A stretch of DNA of 64,000 nucleotides from Candidatus Altimarinota bacterium (GCA_039809385.1 JBDHUY010000006.1:43528-107527); one strand, 5' to 3'; numbered from the stretch's first letter, positions 1-9,924 are shown. A program made the numbers and translations. Notes: generated from the letters alone by a model not told the origin.

Positions 1-90
1 CCAGGCTGCTGCCGGCAGCAGCGCCATCAAAAAACCGATCACATACTGCATGACTTGGGTAGCTATTTCGGGAGAAATTCCGTTCGGCAT
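1..90 (-). CDS. 5' fragment of a membrane protein, possibly a PrsW-family intramembrane protease (runs off the window)
   Basis: Open frame from ATG at 90: MPNGISPEIATQVMQYVIGFLMALLPAAAW. The ALLP..W helix resembles the first TM of PrsW proteins; only 30 codons are visible. Confidence 0.35.
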   Translation of the reverse strand, partial: MPNGISPEIATQVMQYVIGFLMALLPAAAW

Positions 91-221
91 AGAAAGAACA
101 AAAAAACTAAGAAGAATGAGAAATATTCTTAGCAGTATACCATACCGGAGCATCAAGATACAATGACAACTCGATGAAACAAAGAGACTCCAAGATTTTG
201 CGTTTATTGAGGATGATAGCC

Positions 222-1901
222 TTAATACATGTCTTTTTGGTAACATGTTTCGCAATACACGATCTCCTTTCGATCAGGAGCATAACTCGTTTGAATCGGG
301 GTACGGCATTTCATGCAAGTCCGATCCCACAATTTGCGCGGGTTGCGCAGCGCCATCCGGTTTTTATGCCGGCAATCGGGACACTTGCGAGGAACAGGTA
401 GATGCATCTCGCGATAAAACCGCAGTTCCTGTACGATCACTTTGTATTTGCGGGAACAAGTCGCACAGGTCAGGATTTGTTTTGTGATATCGTCCGATAC
501 GTCACGGATATTATCGGGAATCTCGATTTTGGGTCCAAAATATTTGGTTGTTTCCGTATCCTCTTTCCAGCGATATCCTCGCCGTACCGCCTCCGCTTTT
601 TCAAGCGGGAAATATTCCTGCGCTACCGTTTCGTTATACGCAAAGGGCGACAATTGCATCGGAAAAAATTCGCCCCATTCGCCGTTTTTTTGCATCTGTT
701 CAATAATTTTCGGAATCAGTTTCTCATACTCTTCTTTGGTATATTGCTTGTTTAAAATGCAGTAACGTTTGTTTTTCAGCCCGACACAGCCAAACAGATC
801 CCGACAACTGTTCATGCAAAGATAAGAATACAAAATATCTTGTGCGCCGATACAAGTCACGCTAAAGATATTCCTATACGCAGCTCCTCCGACTTCCATA
901 CATTCATAACACAATTCGGCCGTTGATCCCCAGGCAAAGATATCCTGGCAATCTTTTGCCGTGTGCAACCAACTCACATAGCGACAATCTTCCAAAGCAC
1001 TTACATCGTAGGCATCAAATGTGTCTTTGCAATAGTAAATACTACTTCCGCTCACGTGATCATTTGATTGGCCTATCATATACTTTCTGGGATATGAAAG
1101 AGCATACGTTCTGAAATACTCTACCATCTTTGCCAGACTGTCGTATTTACCCATCTGTATTTTTTGAAGCTGTTTTTGGTATTCGTCCCTCGTTAGCTGC
1201 TTATTCAAAAAACAGTACTGTTGATGCCGGAGATTGACGCAACCGAAACAATCATTACAACCGATGCAATCGATCAGAAACGCCGATGTAGAACAATTCA
1301 GGCAATTTTGAGAGAAGAAACACTGAAAACACCCCTCGCAATCAATACACTGATAGCAACGCTCGCAACCGCGGATCATGCAATTATCAATACAGTTTTG
1401 CGAGTCGTTTATATAATTTCCGTACAGGCAATCCTGGTTCCTGTTACCGGCCGCAATGAGATAGCAGTTTTTGGAAGCGGATATAGATTGGTTATAGTCG
1501 CAATTGATACTCTCGCTATCCATCATGAGAGCAAACAGAGGTACTCTCTGGAGAAGAACGGAGAATTGCTCAAAAAAACTCTTCCGAAAATCAAATTCTT
1601 GGGCATACAACGACGCATCCCAGCTATCGGACCACCATTCTTTATTGGCATAGACAACTTGATTTTTATCAGGGGAAAGCACTGAAATAATTTCCTGGCC
1701 GGACAGATCAGATTTGCGGTTATACAGTTTGCGTTCGTTACGCCAGGCCAGACGCCGCTGCTGCCGGCAATCCGGACACAACGTCGGCGGTGGAATTCGA
1801 TACGTCTGTCCCTCAAATACCGGCGAGATTTTCTCGTAGAAGGCACAATCGGAATCAGTGATTTCAAAGGAAACTTTGCAATGACGACAGGTCTGGTACA
1901 T
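222..1901 (-). CDS. Cys-rich CPR-type protein (terminal zinc-ribbon CxxC pairs, central Cxx repeat), paralog 1
   Basis: About 40 Cys; motifs PPPTLCPDCRQQRR, WWSDSWD, YCILNKQYTKEEY, GEWGEFFP, RNPRKLWDRTC. Start moved to MYQTC because the upstream 13 codons run through a palindrome. Confidence 0.85.
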   Translation of the reverse strand: MYQTCRHCKVSFEITDSDCAFYEKISPVFEGQTYRIPPPTLCPDCRQQRRLAWRNERKLYNRKSDLSGQEIISVLSPDKNQVVYANKEWWSDSWDASLYAQEFDFRKSFFEQFSVLLQRVPLFALMMDSESINCDYNQSISASKNCYLIAAGNRNQDCLYGNYINDSQNCIDNCMIRGCERCYQCIDCEGCFQCFFSQNCLNCSTSAFLIDCIGCNDCFGCVNLRHQQYCFLNKQLTRDEYQKQLQKIQMGKYDSLAKMVEYFRTYALSYPRKYMIGQSNDHVSGSSIYYCKDTFDAYDVSALEDCRYVSWLHTAKDCQDIFAWGSTAELCYECMEVGGAAYRNIFSVTCIGAQDILYSYLCMNSCRDLFGCVGLKNKRYCILNKQYTKEEYEKLIPKIIEQMQKNGEWGEFFPMQLSPFAYNETVAQEYFPLEKAEAVRRGYRWKEDTETTKYFGPKIEIPDNIRDVSDDITKQILTCATCSRKYKVIVQELRFYREMHLPVPRKCPDCRHKNRMALRNPRKLWDRTCMKCRTPIQTSYAPDRKEIVYCETCYQKDMY

Positions 1902-1922
1902 AAAAATAATTAGGTAATGAAC

Positions 1923-1952
1923 CGTAGAGACGCAATGCATTGCGTCTCTACG
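1923..1952. repeat. REP-like 30-bp perfect palindrome (GTAG-type)
   Basis: cgtagagacgcaatg|cattgcgtctctacg in the spacer between the two Cys-rich genes. Confidence 0.8.
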
Positions 1953-2003
1953 CGTGGCATGTCCTGGGGGAGATATTCTAATTTATTCTTCAACGCTCGC
2001 AAT

Positions 2004-3704
2004 TCAATAAACGCTTTCCTGATAACACTTCTCGCAATACACGATCTCTTTCCTGTCAGGAGCATAACTCGTTTGAATCGGCGTACTGCATTTCATGCAA
2101 GTCCGATCCCACAATTTGCGCGGGTTGCGCAGTTCCAGGCGTTTTAAATGCCGGCAATCAAAGCATTGACGGGGAAGAGGCAAGTTCATCATTTGATAGA
2201 ATCGCAACTCATGAACAATGATTTTGTAGCGCCTGTGGCAACTGCTACAGGAGAGGATCTGATTCGTAATATCTGCCGGAGTACCCCCGATATCGTCAGC
2301 AATTTCAATCGATGGCCCGTAGTATTTTGAACTTTCTTGCTCTTCCTTCCACATAATACCCCGTTGTAGTACTTGATCTCTTTTAAGAGGGAAAAAATCC
2401 TGAGCAATTGTTTCGTTATAGGCAAATGGGGATAATGACATGGGAAAAAATTCGCCCCATTCGCCACTTTTTTGCATATGCTCAATAATTTTCGGTACCA
2501 ATATTTCGTATTCTTCCTTGGTATACTGTTTATTTAAGATACAATACTGTTTGTGTCTGAGTCCGATACAACCGAAACAATCAGTCGTGTTATTAAAACA
2601 AAGCTCGCAATAGTAAAGATTCTGCGTCCCCCACCATGCAATGTTAATAAAAAGACAATGATTTCCACTTACCATGCTGTGTGTTTCATAGCACTGTGTA
2701 GACCCGCCACTATAGGAAGAATCAAAACAACTGTAATTGCCATTAACGGAATACTGAAGATATGCGCCATCTTGAGAATCGCTCGTATCGAAGCAAGAAC
2801 GGCATTTTTTGGCATTTTCCAGATAGTCTCCGGTAGAATCATCGCAGGTATACTGATGGGTAGAAATGTGTGGTGTTCTTTGATCAAATGCGTCAAAAAA
2901 ATTCCTCGCCTTAGAAAAACCCGTATACGTATACAACTTCAATTGTTCCATAAGCTTGAAGTACTCCCCCTTGCTGTATTGTTTGTTTAAAATACAATAC
3001 TGCTTATCTCTCAGCCCTTTACAGGCAATACAGTTTTTAGAGCGTTTACAATCTGACAAGAAATAGGATTCACTACAATCAGTGCAATTGCGCGAGGAGA
3101 CTAATCGGTAACAGTTTTTACAGTCCGATACGTCGACGCAGTATTGGCAATCCGAGATATTAATCGCATCAAGACAACTGGTACATTTGCTCAAACACGT
3201 TCCATAGTAGCAATTTTCATTATGTCCATAGGAATTGCTGAAAATGAGATACGCGTTTTTATTATTGGCAGTATAGTTTGTATATTCTGAATTTTCGCTG
3301 TTGGTATTGAGAATACTCACCCGTGGCACTTCCTTTTGAAGCTCCCGGAACTGTTCAAAAAATGGTCGATTAAAATCAAAATCGCGACCATACTGTAAAG
3401 GATCCCATTGATCTGACCACCATTCTTTTTGATCGTATACCCGGAAGGGTTTGTCAGCTGAATACATGGAAATGATCTCTTTGCCTGTCAGATCGCAACG
3501 CCGGTTATATAATTTCCGTTCATTGCGAAAAGCGGAACGCCGCTGCTGCCGGCAGTCAGGACACAGTGTTGGAACGGGAATAGTATATTTTTTATGACCA
3601 AAAACCGCCGCAATCCTGTCATAAAACAGCTGATCTTCTTTGCTGATCAGAAAGGAATGTTGTTTATTCTGAGCGCAAATCCGGGGAATATTGGTCATAT
3701 GCAT
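2004..3704 (-). CDS. Cys-rich CPR-type protein, paralog 2
   Basis: Same motif series as paralog 1 (PTLCPDCRQQRR, WWSDQWD, YCILNKQY, GEWGEFFP, RNPRKLWDRTC). Start uncertain (3698-3716). Confidence 0.85.
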   Translation of the reverse strand: MHMTNIPRICAQNKQHSFLISKEDQLFYDRIAAVFGHKKYTIPVPTLCPDCRQQRRSAFRNERKLYNRRCDLTGKEIISMYSADKPFRVYDQKEWWSDQWDPLQYGRDFDFNRPFFEQFRELQKEVPRVSILNTNSENSEYTNYTANNKNAYLIFSNSYGHNENCYYGTCLSKCTSCLDAINISDCQYCVDVSDCKNCYRLVSSRNCTDCSESYFLSDCKRSKNCIACKGLRDKQYCILNKQYSKGEYFKLMEQLKLYTYTGFSKARNFFDAFDQRTPHISTHQYTCDDSTGDYLENAKKCRSCFDTSDSQDGAYLQYSVNGNYSCFDSSYSGGSTQCYETHSMVSGNHCLFINIAWWGTQNLYYCELCFNNTTDCFGCIGLRHKQYCILNKQYTKEEYEILVPKIIEHMQKSGEWGEFFPMSLSPFAYNETIAQDFFPLKRDQVLQRGIMWKEEQESSKYYGPSIEIADDIGGTPADITNQILSCSSCHRRYKIIVHELRFYQMMNLPLPRQCFDCRHLKRLELRNPRKLWDRTCMKCSTPIQTSYAPDRKEIVYCEKCYQESVY

Positions 3705-3870
3705 TGTGGAAATCATTCACGAAGAGTATACCAATCACACAAACACATGACAGAAAATGAGACAATAGCAATATAATGTTATCATTCATTTTACTCTTCA
3801 TAAAGCTTGAAACAGCCATCGAATATTTGTTAAAATATCTGTAGACGGGCATCGACAACACCGCTTGCAC

Positions 3871-3990
3871 GAAATATCAAAATCCAAATTTCAAATGACA
3901 AAATAATCACAACTATCAAAACCGCAATATGGACAATCCTTCGTTTTGGTATTTGGGCTTTGACATTCTTTTGAGATTTGAACTTTTAAT
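3871..3990. repeat. Heptamer-repeat imperfect hairpin (intergenic)
   Basis: A-rich arm (aaatatcaaaatccaaatttcaaatgac) followed by a complementary T-rich arm (tttggtatttgggctttgacattcttttgagatttgaacttt). Confidence 0.6.
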
Positions 3991-3993
3991 CCT

Positions 3994-4752
3994 ATGCTTC
4001 ACGATGACCTTCACGAACTGGGGCTGGCCGACGAAGAGATCAAAGTCTATTTGAGCGTACTTGAACTGGGCGGCGGATTTGTGTCGAGCATTGCGCGCAA
4101 AGCCGGGGTACACCGGGTGACCTGCTACAATACGCTCGGCAATCTGGAAAAAAAAAGCGTGATACGGAGTACCATGCAAAAAAATGTACGGTTCTACTCG
4201 GCAGAACCGCCACAAGTATTGCTGAACCAGATCGAGGAAAAATACCACCGGGCACAAAAGCTCCTGCCTGAACTGGAAGCGCTCTATCGTGCTGCGGCGT
4301 TTACGCCGCGGATCCAGTTTTTCGAAGATCGTAAAAATATCATCCCGCTGTTCGAACAGATGACCCAGGCCGGTTCCGAGATTCTGGGATATACGAATTT
4401 GGCTCCTTTAAGCAAAATTTTCGGCGATACGCTCAATCAATTCGGAGAAAAATTGATTGTTCAAAAAAGGAAGTGCCGCTTACTCTGCCCGTACGATGTG
4501 GCCAATACCGAACTGGTGGAAAAGTATTTTTCCCTGGCAGTAAACAGAAATCACCTGGAAGTGCTGTGCGTAAATCCGGAACAGTTTCCGTTCAAAAACG
4601 GGGTCTTCTTCTATGACGATAAAATGGCGATTATTTCATACGACAAAGACGAACTACTCGGTGTCATTATTCAAAGCTCGGTCAATACCCAGACCCAGAA
4701 AGCCATGTTCGATCTGGCGTGGCTCGGCGCGACGAGTTTTATTGTACGGTAG
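3994..4752 (+). CDS. TrmB-family transcriptional regulator
   Basis: N-terminal LGL..EEIKVYL..LELG..IARKAGVHRVTCY wHTH, PRIQFFE linker and C-terminal IYDDK-like / MFDLAW effector domain. Confidence 0.85.
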   Translation: MLHDDLHELGLADEEIKVYLSVLELGGGFVSSIARKAGVHRVTCYNTLGNLEKKSVIRSTMQKNVRFYSAEPPQVLLNQIEEKYHRAQKLLPELEALYRAAAFTPRIQFFEDRKNIIPLFEQMTQAGSEILGYTNLAPLSKIFGDTLNQFGEKLIVQKRKCRLLCPYDVANTELVEKYFSLAVNRNHLEVLCVNPEQFPFKNGVFFYDDKMAIISYDKDELLGVIIQSSVNTQTQKAMFDLAWLGATSFIVR

Positions 4753-4763
4753 CTTTTCGGGTG

Positions 4764-6086
4764 TTAGTTGCGTCTTTCGATCAAAGATTTCCCCCCCATA
4801 AAAGGCCTAAGAACTTCGGGCACCGTAATACTTCCGTCGGCATTCTGATAGTTTTCCAGGATGGCGATAAAAATGCGCGGAGAGGGCAGGGCCGTATTAT
4901 TGAGCATATACACAAATTTGCGGTTGCCGTCTTTGTCGATGTAACGAACGTTTAAACGCCGGGACTGCCAATCCAGAAAATTACTAGCCGAACCGGTTTC
5001 GCCATAGCTGTCACGGCTGGGAATCCAGGCTTCGAGGTCAAACATCTTGTACTTGCCGGCGTGCATATCTCCGGTACAGATCATCAGCTGGCGGTAAGGC
5101 AAGCCGAGCTCCTCGTGCATCTCTTTGGAGATACTAATCATTTCTTGCTGCAGCTTATCAGCTTGTTCCACATCGGCTCGGGCAAGAATTACCTGCTCGA
5201 CTTTCATGAATTCATGAACGCGATATATCCCCTTGGTATCCTTACCATACGAACCAATCTCGCTACGGTAGCACTGGCTGTAACCGGCAAAGCGGATCGG
5301 CAAGTTTTCTTCTTTTAACACTTCATCGCTGTAGTAGGCCAATAGAGAAGGTTCGGATGTTCCAACAAGAAATTTCTTCTCCTTACTGGTAGTTCCATCC
5401 ACTTCCTTATCCTGGCTCGCAACCTGATAGATCTCATCGACTTCGGTATCATATTCCATACCTTTGAAATAGCCGCTGCCAAAGAGCGCCGCGCCTTTTA
5501 TCAGCGTCGGCGGAATGACGAGCGAATAGCCCTTAGCATTCATTTTCTGTAAAGCATAGTTCATGAAACCCATCATGAGCAGCACACCGTCATTTTTGAC
5601 ATAATATCCGCGGTATCCGCCAACTTTTACCCCTCGTTCGATATCCAAAATGTCCAATTCTTTTCCCAAGGTAATATGATCTTTAACCGGAAAGTCAAAC
5701 TGCCGCGGCGTTCCCCATTTGTATATTTCGACGTTTTCGCTATCGTCTTTGCCGAAAGGAACGTCTGGGGCGGGAATAGTGGGAACCCGGCACATCAGAT
5801 TCGTAAATTCAGGCCCGGTCTTGTTAAGCTCTTCTTCAATTGTTGCGATCTCTTCTTTTAATCGCCGCCCTTCGGCAATAGCTGTTTCATCGGGTTTTCC
5901 GGCCGTTTTTTTCAAAATCTCGGCATTCTCGTTGCGCTGTCTCTGAAGTTCCTCCAGTTTTCGCTGCAACTCGGACCGTTCTTTGTCAAGTGCCAGAAGG
6001 CGATCGAGGTCCAGTTTGATATTTTTATCCTGGGCGGCTTTCCGGATCTTTTCAGGATATTCGCGAATGAATTTGATGTCGACCAT
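4764..6086 (-). CDS. serS: Seryl-tRNA synthetase
   Basis: MVDIKFIRE start, N-terminal coiled coil, LVGTSE, CYRSEIGSYGKDTKGIYRVHEFMKVE, DLEAWIP, LNNT, ILENYQ. Confidence 0.97.
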   Translation of the reverse strand: MVDIKFIREYPEKIRKAAQDKNIKLDLDRLLALDKERSELQRKLEELQRQRNENAEILKKTAGKPDETAIAEGRRLKEEIATIEEELNKTGPEFTNLMCRVPTIPAPDVPFGKDDSENVEIYKWGTPRQFDFPVKDHITLGKELDILDIERGVKVGGYRGYYVKNDGVLLMMGFMNYALQKMNAKGYSLVIPPTLIKGAALFGSGYFKGMEYDTEVDEIYQVASQDKEVDGTTSKEKKFLVGTSEPSLLAYYSDEVLKEENLPIRFAGYSQCYRSEIGSYGKDTKGIYRVHEFMKVEQVILARADVEQADKLQQEMISISKEMHEELGLPYRQLMICTGDMHAGKYKMFDLEAWIPSRDSYGETGSASNFLDWQSRRLNVRYIDKDGNRKFVYMLNNTALPSPRIFIAILENYQNADGSITVPEVLRPFMGGKSLIERRN

Positions 6087-6227
6087 GAGACAAAGTTCGT
6101 AATAGGATAAAACTAAAAACAGAGATATCTTAAAATATCGAGATTTAAATATCAAATATCAAACACACAAGTACGGAAATAAAGCAAAGAAGATGCTACG
6201 CCAAAAATAAAAAAGTGATAAATCATT

Positions 6228-6257
6228 TTGACATTTATACATTCTTAAATATAAAAT
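6228..6257 (+). promoter_or_regulatory. Sigma70-like promoter
   Basis: TTGACA followed after 16-18 bp by TATAAA/TAAAAT, upstream of the 6363 ORF. Confidence 0.5.
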
Positions 6258-6362
6258 ACGTTTCCTATGTCGCATGACGAGACTTTTTTCTTATATTGTC
6301 ACTTTTAAGAAAATGAGCTCCGTCTCGAAATAGGAAGATCTTTGAACAAAGGGGAAATTAAA

Positions 6363-6905
6363 ATGAAAGAGCTGTTAAGAATGCTCTGGAACAGGTATAT
6401 AAAAGTTACCTGCAGCGAAGAAAAATGTAATTGGTGGTTGGAAAAAGGAAAAGTAAACTGGCAGGATACAGAACACTTTGCATCTTGTGCAAAGTTTTCT
6501 CCAGACTCAACAGTGAAGCTGGTCAGAATAATACAAGATGAAGTCTTTCATAAAAAGTTAAACACTTTACTGATATCTTCAATCCAAATTGACTTTTTCA
6601 ATGAAGCAGGAGACGAAGAAAGTCTAATCCTAGACAAGAACGAAAATTCTGAAGTCTTTATCTTAGAGGGAGACGACTGGTTCGGATCTCTAACAGTGCA
6701 ACTAGAAGATGGAAATATAGAGATTCTGAAAGTTGCCATAAATGTTAGAAAACAGAAAATCCTCGCGGAAGATAGGATCAATCCTCTACCCGTTATCAAT
6801 GACAAGTTCTTAAAACTAAATTCTTGGCAACACCTGGAAGTAACTTTTAAACAAGAAAATAATTCATTCTATATAAGAACTGACTTTATAACACTCGATC
6901 ATTAA
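6363..6905 (+). CDS. Hypothetical protein (AT-rich orphan)
   Basis: 180-aa ORF with its own promoter, a purine-rich SD-like sequence (aaagggga) and a terminator; no recognised motif. Confidence 0.65.
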   Translation: MKELLRMLWNRYIKVTCSEEKCNWWLEKGKVNWQDTEHFASCAKFSPDSTVKLVRIIQDEVFHKKLNTLLISSIQIDFFNEAGDEESLILDKNENSEVFILEGDDWFGSLTVQLEDGNIEILKVAINVRKQKILAEDRINPLPVINDKFLKLNSWQHLEVTFKQENNSFYIRTDFITLDH

Positions 6906-6928
6906 ACCTTCCCCCTTCTTCGAAGAAT

Positions 6929-6962
6929 AAAAGAGCTGGTATACCTGTACCAGCTCTTTTTC
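6929..6962 (+). terminator. Rho-independent terminator
   Basis: aaaagagctggta-tacctg-taccagctctttttt. Confidence 0.75.
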
Positions 6963-7144
6963 CATAAATGCGCTCGGCTTGAGCTTGTAAAATCTCATTT
7001 TTTTTGTATGCTAAAGTAAATATCAAAGCTTAAAAGTCACAGCTCAAAAAATTAATTACTTTCAGACTTTATTCCTCAGATCTAAGCATTTTTTACTAAG
7101 AACTTTTGACTTTAAGTACCTTATAAACTTTATAAAATCCTCCT

Positions 7145-7900
7145 ATGTCCGGACACAGCAAATGGGCCACCACCAAACACCACAAAGCCATCGTCGACGC
7201 GAAACGCGGCAAATCGTTTAGCCGTCATTCCAAAAACATCATCGTCGCCGCGCGCTTGGGCGGCGGCGACCCGGCCATGAACAACGCGCTCGCCCTCGCT
7301 ATCGAACGTGCTAAAGCCGACAACATGCCAAACGCCAATATCGACCGCGCCATCAAAAGCGGAACCGGCGAACTGAAAGACGGGGCCGAAATCAGCGAAG
7401 TCATGTACGAAGGCTACGGTCCGGGCGGCGTAGCCGTGCTAATCCGAGTTTTGACCGACAACAAAAACCGGGCCGTCGCCAACGTCCGGCATACCCTGGA
7501 AAGCAGCGGCGGATCCCTCGGGACCAGCGGCACCGTCGCCTGGATGTTCAAACGCAAAGGCACTGTCACCATTCCCATAAACGGAAAAGATCGAGATTCG
7601 CTCACCCTCGAGTTGATCGATCTGGGTGCCGACGACGTCCAGGATCACGGAGATGCCTTACTCCTTATCACGGAAGCGACGAAACTTCCCCAACTGCAGG
7701 GGACGTTGAAAGAAAAGAAAATAGAATTTGCGAATCCTGCCGTGTCCTACATCGCCGACAATCTCGTTCCCGTAAACGACGAAGAAGTAGCCAGAAAGGT
7801 TCTTAAAATGATGGAAAAACTCGAAGAAGACGAAGACATCGACGAAGTATTCAGTAATTTCGATATGGAGGAGGGAGTGATGGAGAAAGTAATGGGGTAG
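7145..7900 (+). CDS. yebC: YebC/PmpR family protein
   Basis: MSGHSKW, YEGYGPGGVA, TDNKNR, WMFKRKG. Confidence 0.96.
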   Translation: MSGHSKWATTKHHKAIVDAKRGKSFSRHSKNIIVAARLGGGDPAMNNALALAIERAKADNMPNANIDRAIKSGTGELKDGAEISEVMYEGYGPGGVAVLIRVLTDNKNRAVANVRHTLESSGGSLGTSGTVAWMFKRKGTVTIPINGKDRDSLTLELIDLGADDVQDHGDALLLITEATKLPQLQGTLKEKKIEFANPAVSYIADNLVPVNDEEVARKVLKMMEKLEEDEDIDEVFSNFDMEEGVMEKVMG

Positions 7901-8349
7901 CGGTCAGCGGCTAGCGATGAGCGGTTAGCAATACAAGGAACAGGATACGTAATTTTTTATGAGAAGTTATCATGATAAAACTTCCTTTCACAAACCTCTC
8001 TATCTGGCAGAAAGGGATGCAATTGGCACATGATATTTATCAAATCGCTAAGAAGTTTCCCAAGGAAGAACTATTTGGTATTACTTCACAAATGAGAAGA
8101 TCATCATTATCGATCCCCAGTAATATTGCAGAAGGAAGTCAACGATCAACCGATAAAGACTTTGCCCATTTTATTTCAATGGCAAGGGGATCATTAGCAG
8201 AACTTCAGACGCAAAGCATATTCTCGTATGAAGAGAACTATATTTCTGAATCTGAACACTACAGCATTCAGGACAAGATTATCGAACTAAGCAAAATGCT
8301 ACGTTCATTTTACAAAAAGCTAACCGCCGACCGCTAACCGCTGGTCGCT
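7898..8349 (+). mobile_element. Four-helix-bundle cassette bounded by inverted heptamer-repeat arms
   Basis: Left arm 7898-7929 (tagcggtcagcggctagcgatgagcggttagc) and right arm 8319-8349 (gctaaccgccgaccgctaaccgctggtcgct) are mutually inverted arrays of (A)GCGGTYA-type 7-mers. Mobility is inferred. Confidence 0.55.
7972..8337 (+). CDS. Four helix bundle protein (23S rRNA intervening-sequence protein / Avd-like family)
   Basis: F.NL.IWQK, FPKEELFGITSQMRRS..SIPSNIAEG..R, F..F..MARGSLAEL.TQ. Confidence 0.92.
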   Translation: MIKLPFTNLSIWQKGMQLAHDIYQIAKKFPKEELFGITSQMRRSSLSIPSNIAEGSQRSTDKDFAHFISMARGSLAELQTQSIFSYEENYISESEHYSIQDKIIELSKMLRSFYKKLTADR

Positions 8350-8357
8350 TGTACCCT

Positions 8358-9053
8358 ATGGAAAGAAGGTTCTTCATTCTCAAAGCCATTGTCGAGAGTT
8401 TCATCGAATCGGCCGAACCGGTCGGTTCCAAATATTTGATGAAAAAATACGATATGGAAATCAGTCCGGCTACCATACGGAATGACATGTCCGTGTTGGA
8501 GCACCTTGGACTAATCTACCAACCCTTTACCTCAGCTGGACGGATCCCCACCGATCTGGGGTTCCGTATGTTCGTCGACGAACTGATGGATGAGATCCCC
8601 CAGGTCCGGGAACTGAAACAGCAAGCCAGCGCGCAGATAAAAAGCCTGCGCCACGAAGAACGCGTCTACAATGCCGTGTCGCTTCTAGCCCGTACCTGCG
8701 ACAATGTCAGCTTTGCCATGTTACCGGAGCAGCATCGCGCCTACTACCTCGGATTGGCTAATATCTTACGCAAACCCGAATTCACTGAATCGGCCAAAGC
8801 CTATACTGTAGTCAAAATCCTCGAAGATGCCGACAATTTCATGGAGATCCTCAACAGTCTCTCTATCGACGAAAAAACCAAAGTATTTATCGGCCGGGAA
8901 AATGTCATTCCCGAAATAAAAAGCTGCAGTATCATCGCTACCCGCTACAGCATAAAAAACTATGGCTCGGGGATCTTGGGCATCTTGGGCCCTATTCGTA
9001 TGAACTACCCTTTCAATATTGGTGCGCTGGAGTATGTGAAGAAGGAGTTGTAA
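8358..9053 (+). CDS. hrcA: Heat-inducible transcription repressor HrcA (short form)
   Basis: ILKAIVE.FI..AEPVGSK, SPATIRNDM..LE..G, QP.TSAGRIPTD.G.R..VD, GILGP.RM.Y. Confidence 0.92.
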   Translation: MERRFFILKAIVESFIESAEPVGSKYLMKKYDMEISPATIRNDMSVLEHLGLIYQPFTSAGRIPTDLGFRMFVDELMDEIPQVRELKQQASAQIKSLRHEERVYNAVSLLARTCDNVSFAMLPEQHRAYYLGLANILRKPEFTESAKAYTVVKILEDADNFMEILNSLSIDEKTKVFIGRENVIPEIKSCSIIATRYSIKNYGSGILGILGPIRMNYPFNIGALEYVKKEL

Positions 9054-9065
9054 AAATAATATATT

Positions 9066-9809
9066 TCACCGCAAATCATGCTTTAGCGTATTCCACATAA
9101 AATGGAATATATTTTTAAAAGAGGTATAAGCCGCCTTGCTTTCTATAATCATGCCCACATACTCTTCTCCGAATGAACAAATGGATACTTTGTTCGGATA
9201 GATTTGTATTTCCAGTTCAAGCTCAAACCATGGTTCATTTACCAACAATGTTTCCCGTAGATCATAGGAGTCGCGACTTTTATATACTTGCGCCTCTGGG
9301 CTTTTAGGCGCAATCACATACGCTTTTATATTTTTCTGCTTTCGTCGTGCGATATGATCCATCAAAAAATCGTATAATCGATCATCAGGTTTATGGATCT
9401 TTACATAAGCAAAAAGGTCATAGTTTTCGACAAGTAAGGTCTCGTTATACACTTCTTTAATACCTTCTATCCCCTCAAAGAAGTATATTTTGGGATGAAA
9501 AGGTCTTTTATTATAGATACCCATCAAGTATGGTACGTAATCGCTAAGACGTCTAAGACTTTTTTTAAAATCGATTAATAACAAATTGGGATCAAGAGGA
9601 TGGTAGAGCTTTTGATTCTCGTAAAAGACTTCAGAAATCCATCCATGTTCCTTCATAAGCTCGATGATATCTAGAAGCTTAGCGGTCGATATCCTAACTT
9701 TCTTGGAAAGAACAGGCAAGGAAATCGCTCCCATCTCTAATAAAGAAATATAAATTCGTGCCTGATCTTTGGTCATTCCAACCGATTCAAGAATGGTAGA
9801 AGTATCCAT
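9066..9809 (-). CDS. TrmB-family transcriptional regulator
   Basis: G.T..QARIY..LLE.G wHTH, PKIYFFEGIEGIKEVY, RETLL, EIQIY.NKV, IIES. Confidence 0.85.
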   Translation of the reverse strand: MDTSTILESVGMTKDQARIYISLLEMGAISLPVLSKKVRISTAKLLDIIELMKEHGWISEVFYENQKLYHPLDPNLLLIDFKKSLRRLSDYVPYLMGIYNKRPFHPKIYFFEGIEGIKEVYNETLLVENYDLFAYVKIHKPDDRLYDFLMDHIARRKQKNIKAYVIAPKSPEAQVYKSRDSYDLRETLLVNEPWFELELEIQIYPNKVSICSFGEEYVGMIIESKAAYTSFKNIFHFMWNTLKHDLR

Positions 9810-9924
9810 AGAGATAAAGAAGAATAGGTCTAAATCTATAAATTTATATTTTTTTCATACTTTTACATGTAAGCTATAGTCAGCCTTCTCAGAATCTATA
9901 TAAAAAGCCTTACTCTTACTATTT

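Noticed and set aside
241-2132. DGR template/variable repeat pair in the Cys-rich paralogs (an Avd-like gene is nearby)
   Set aside because: Both copies are in coding 3' ends, the differences are mostly synonymous and not adenine-specific, and no reverse transcriptase is in the window.
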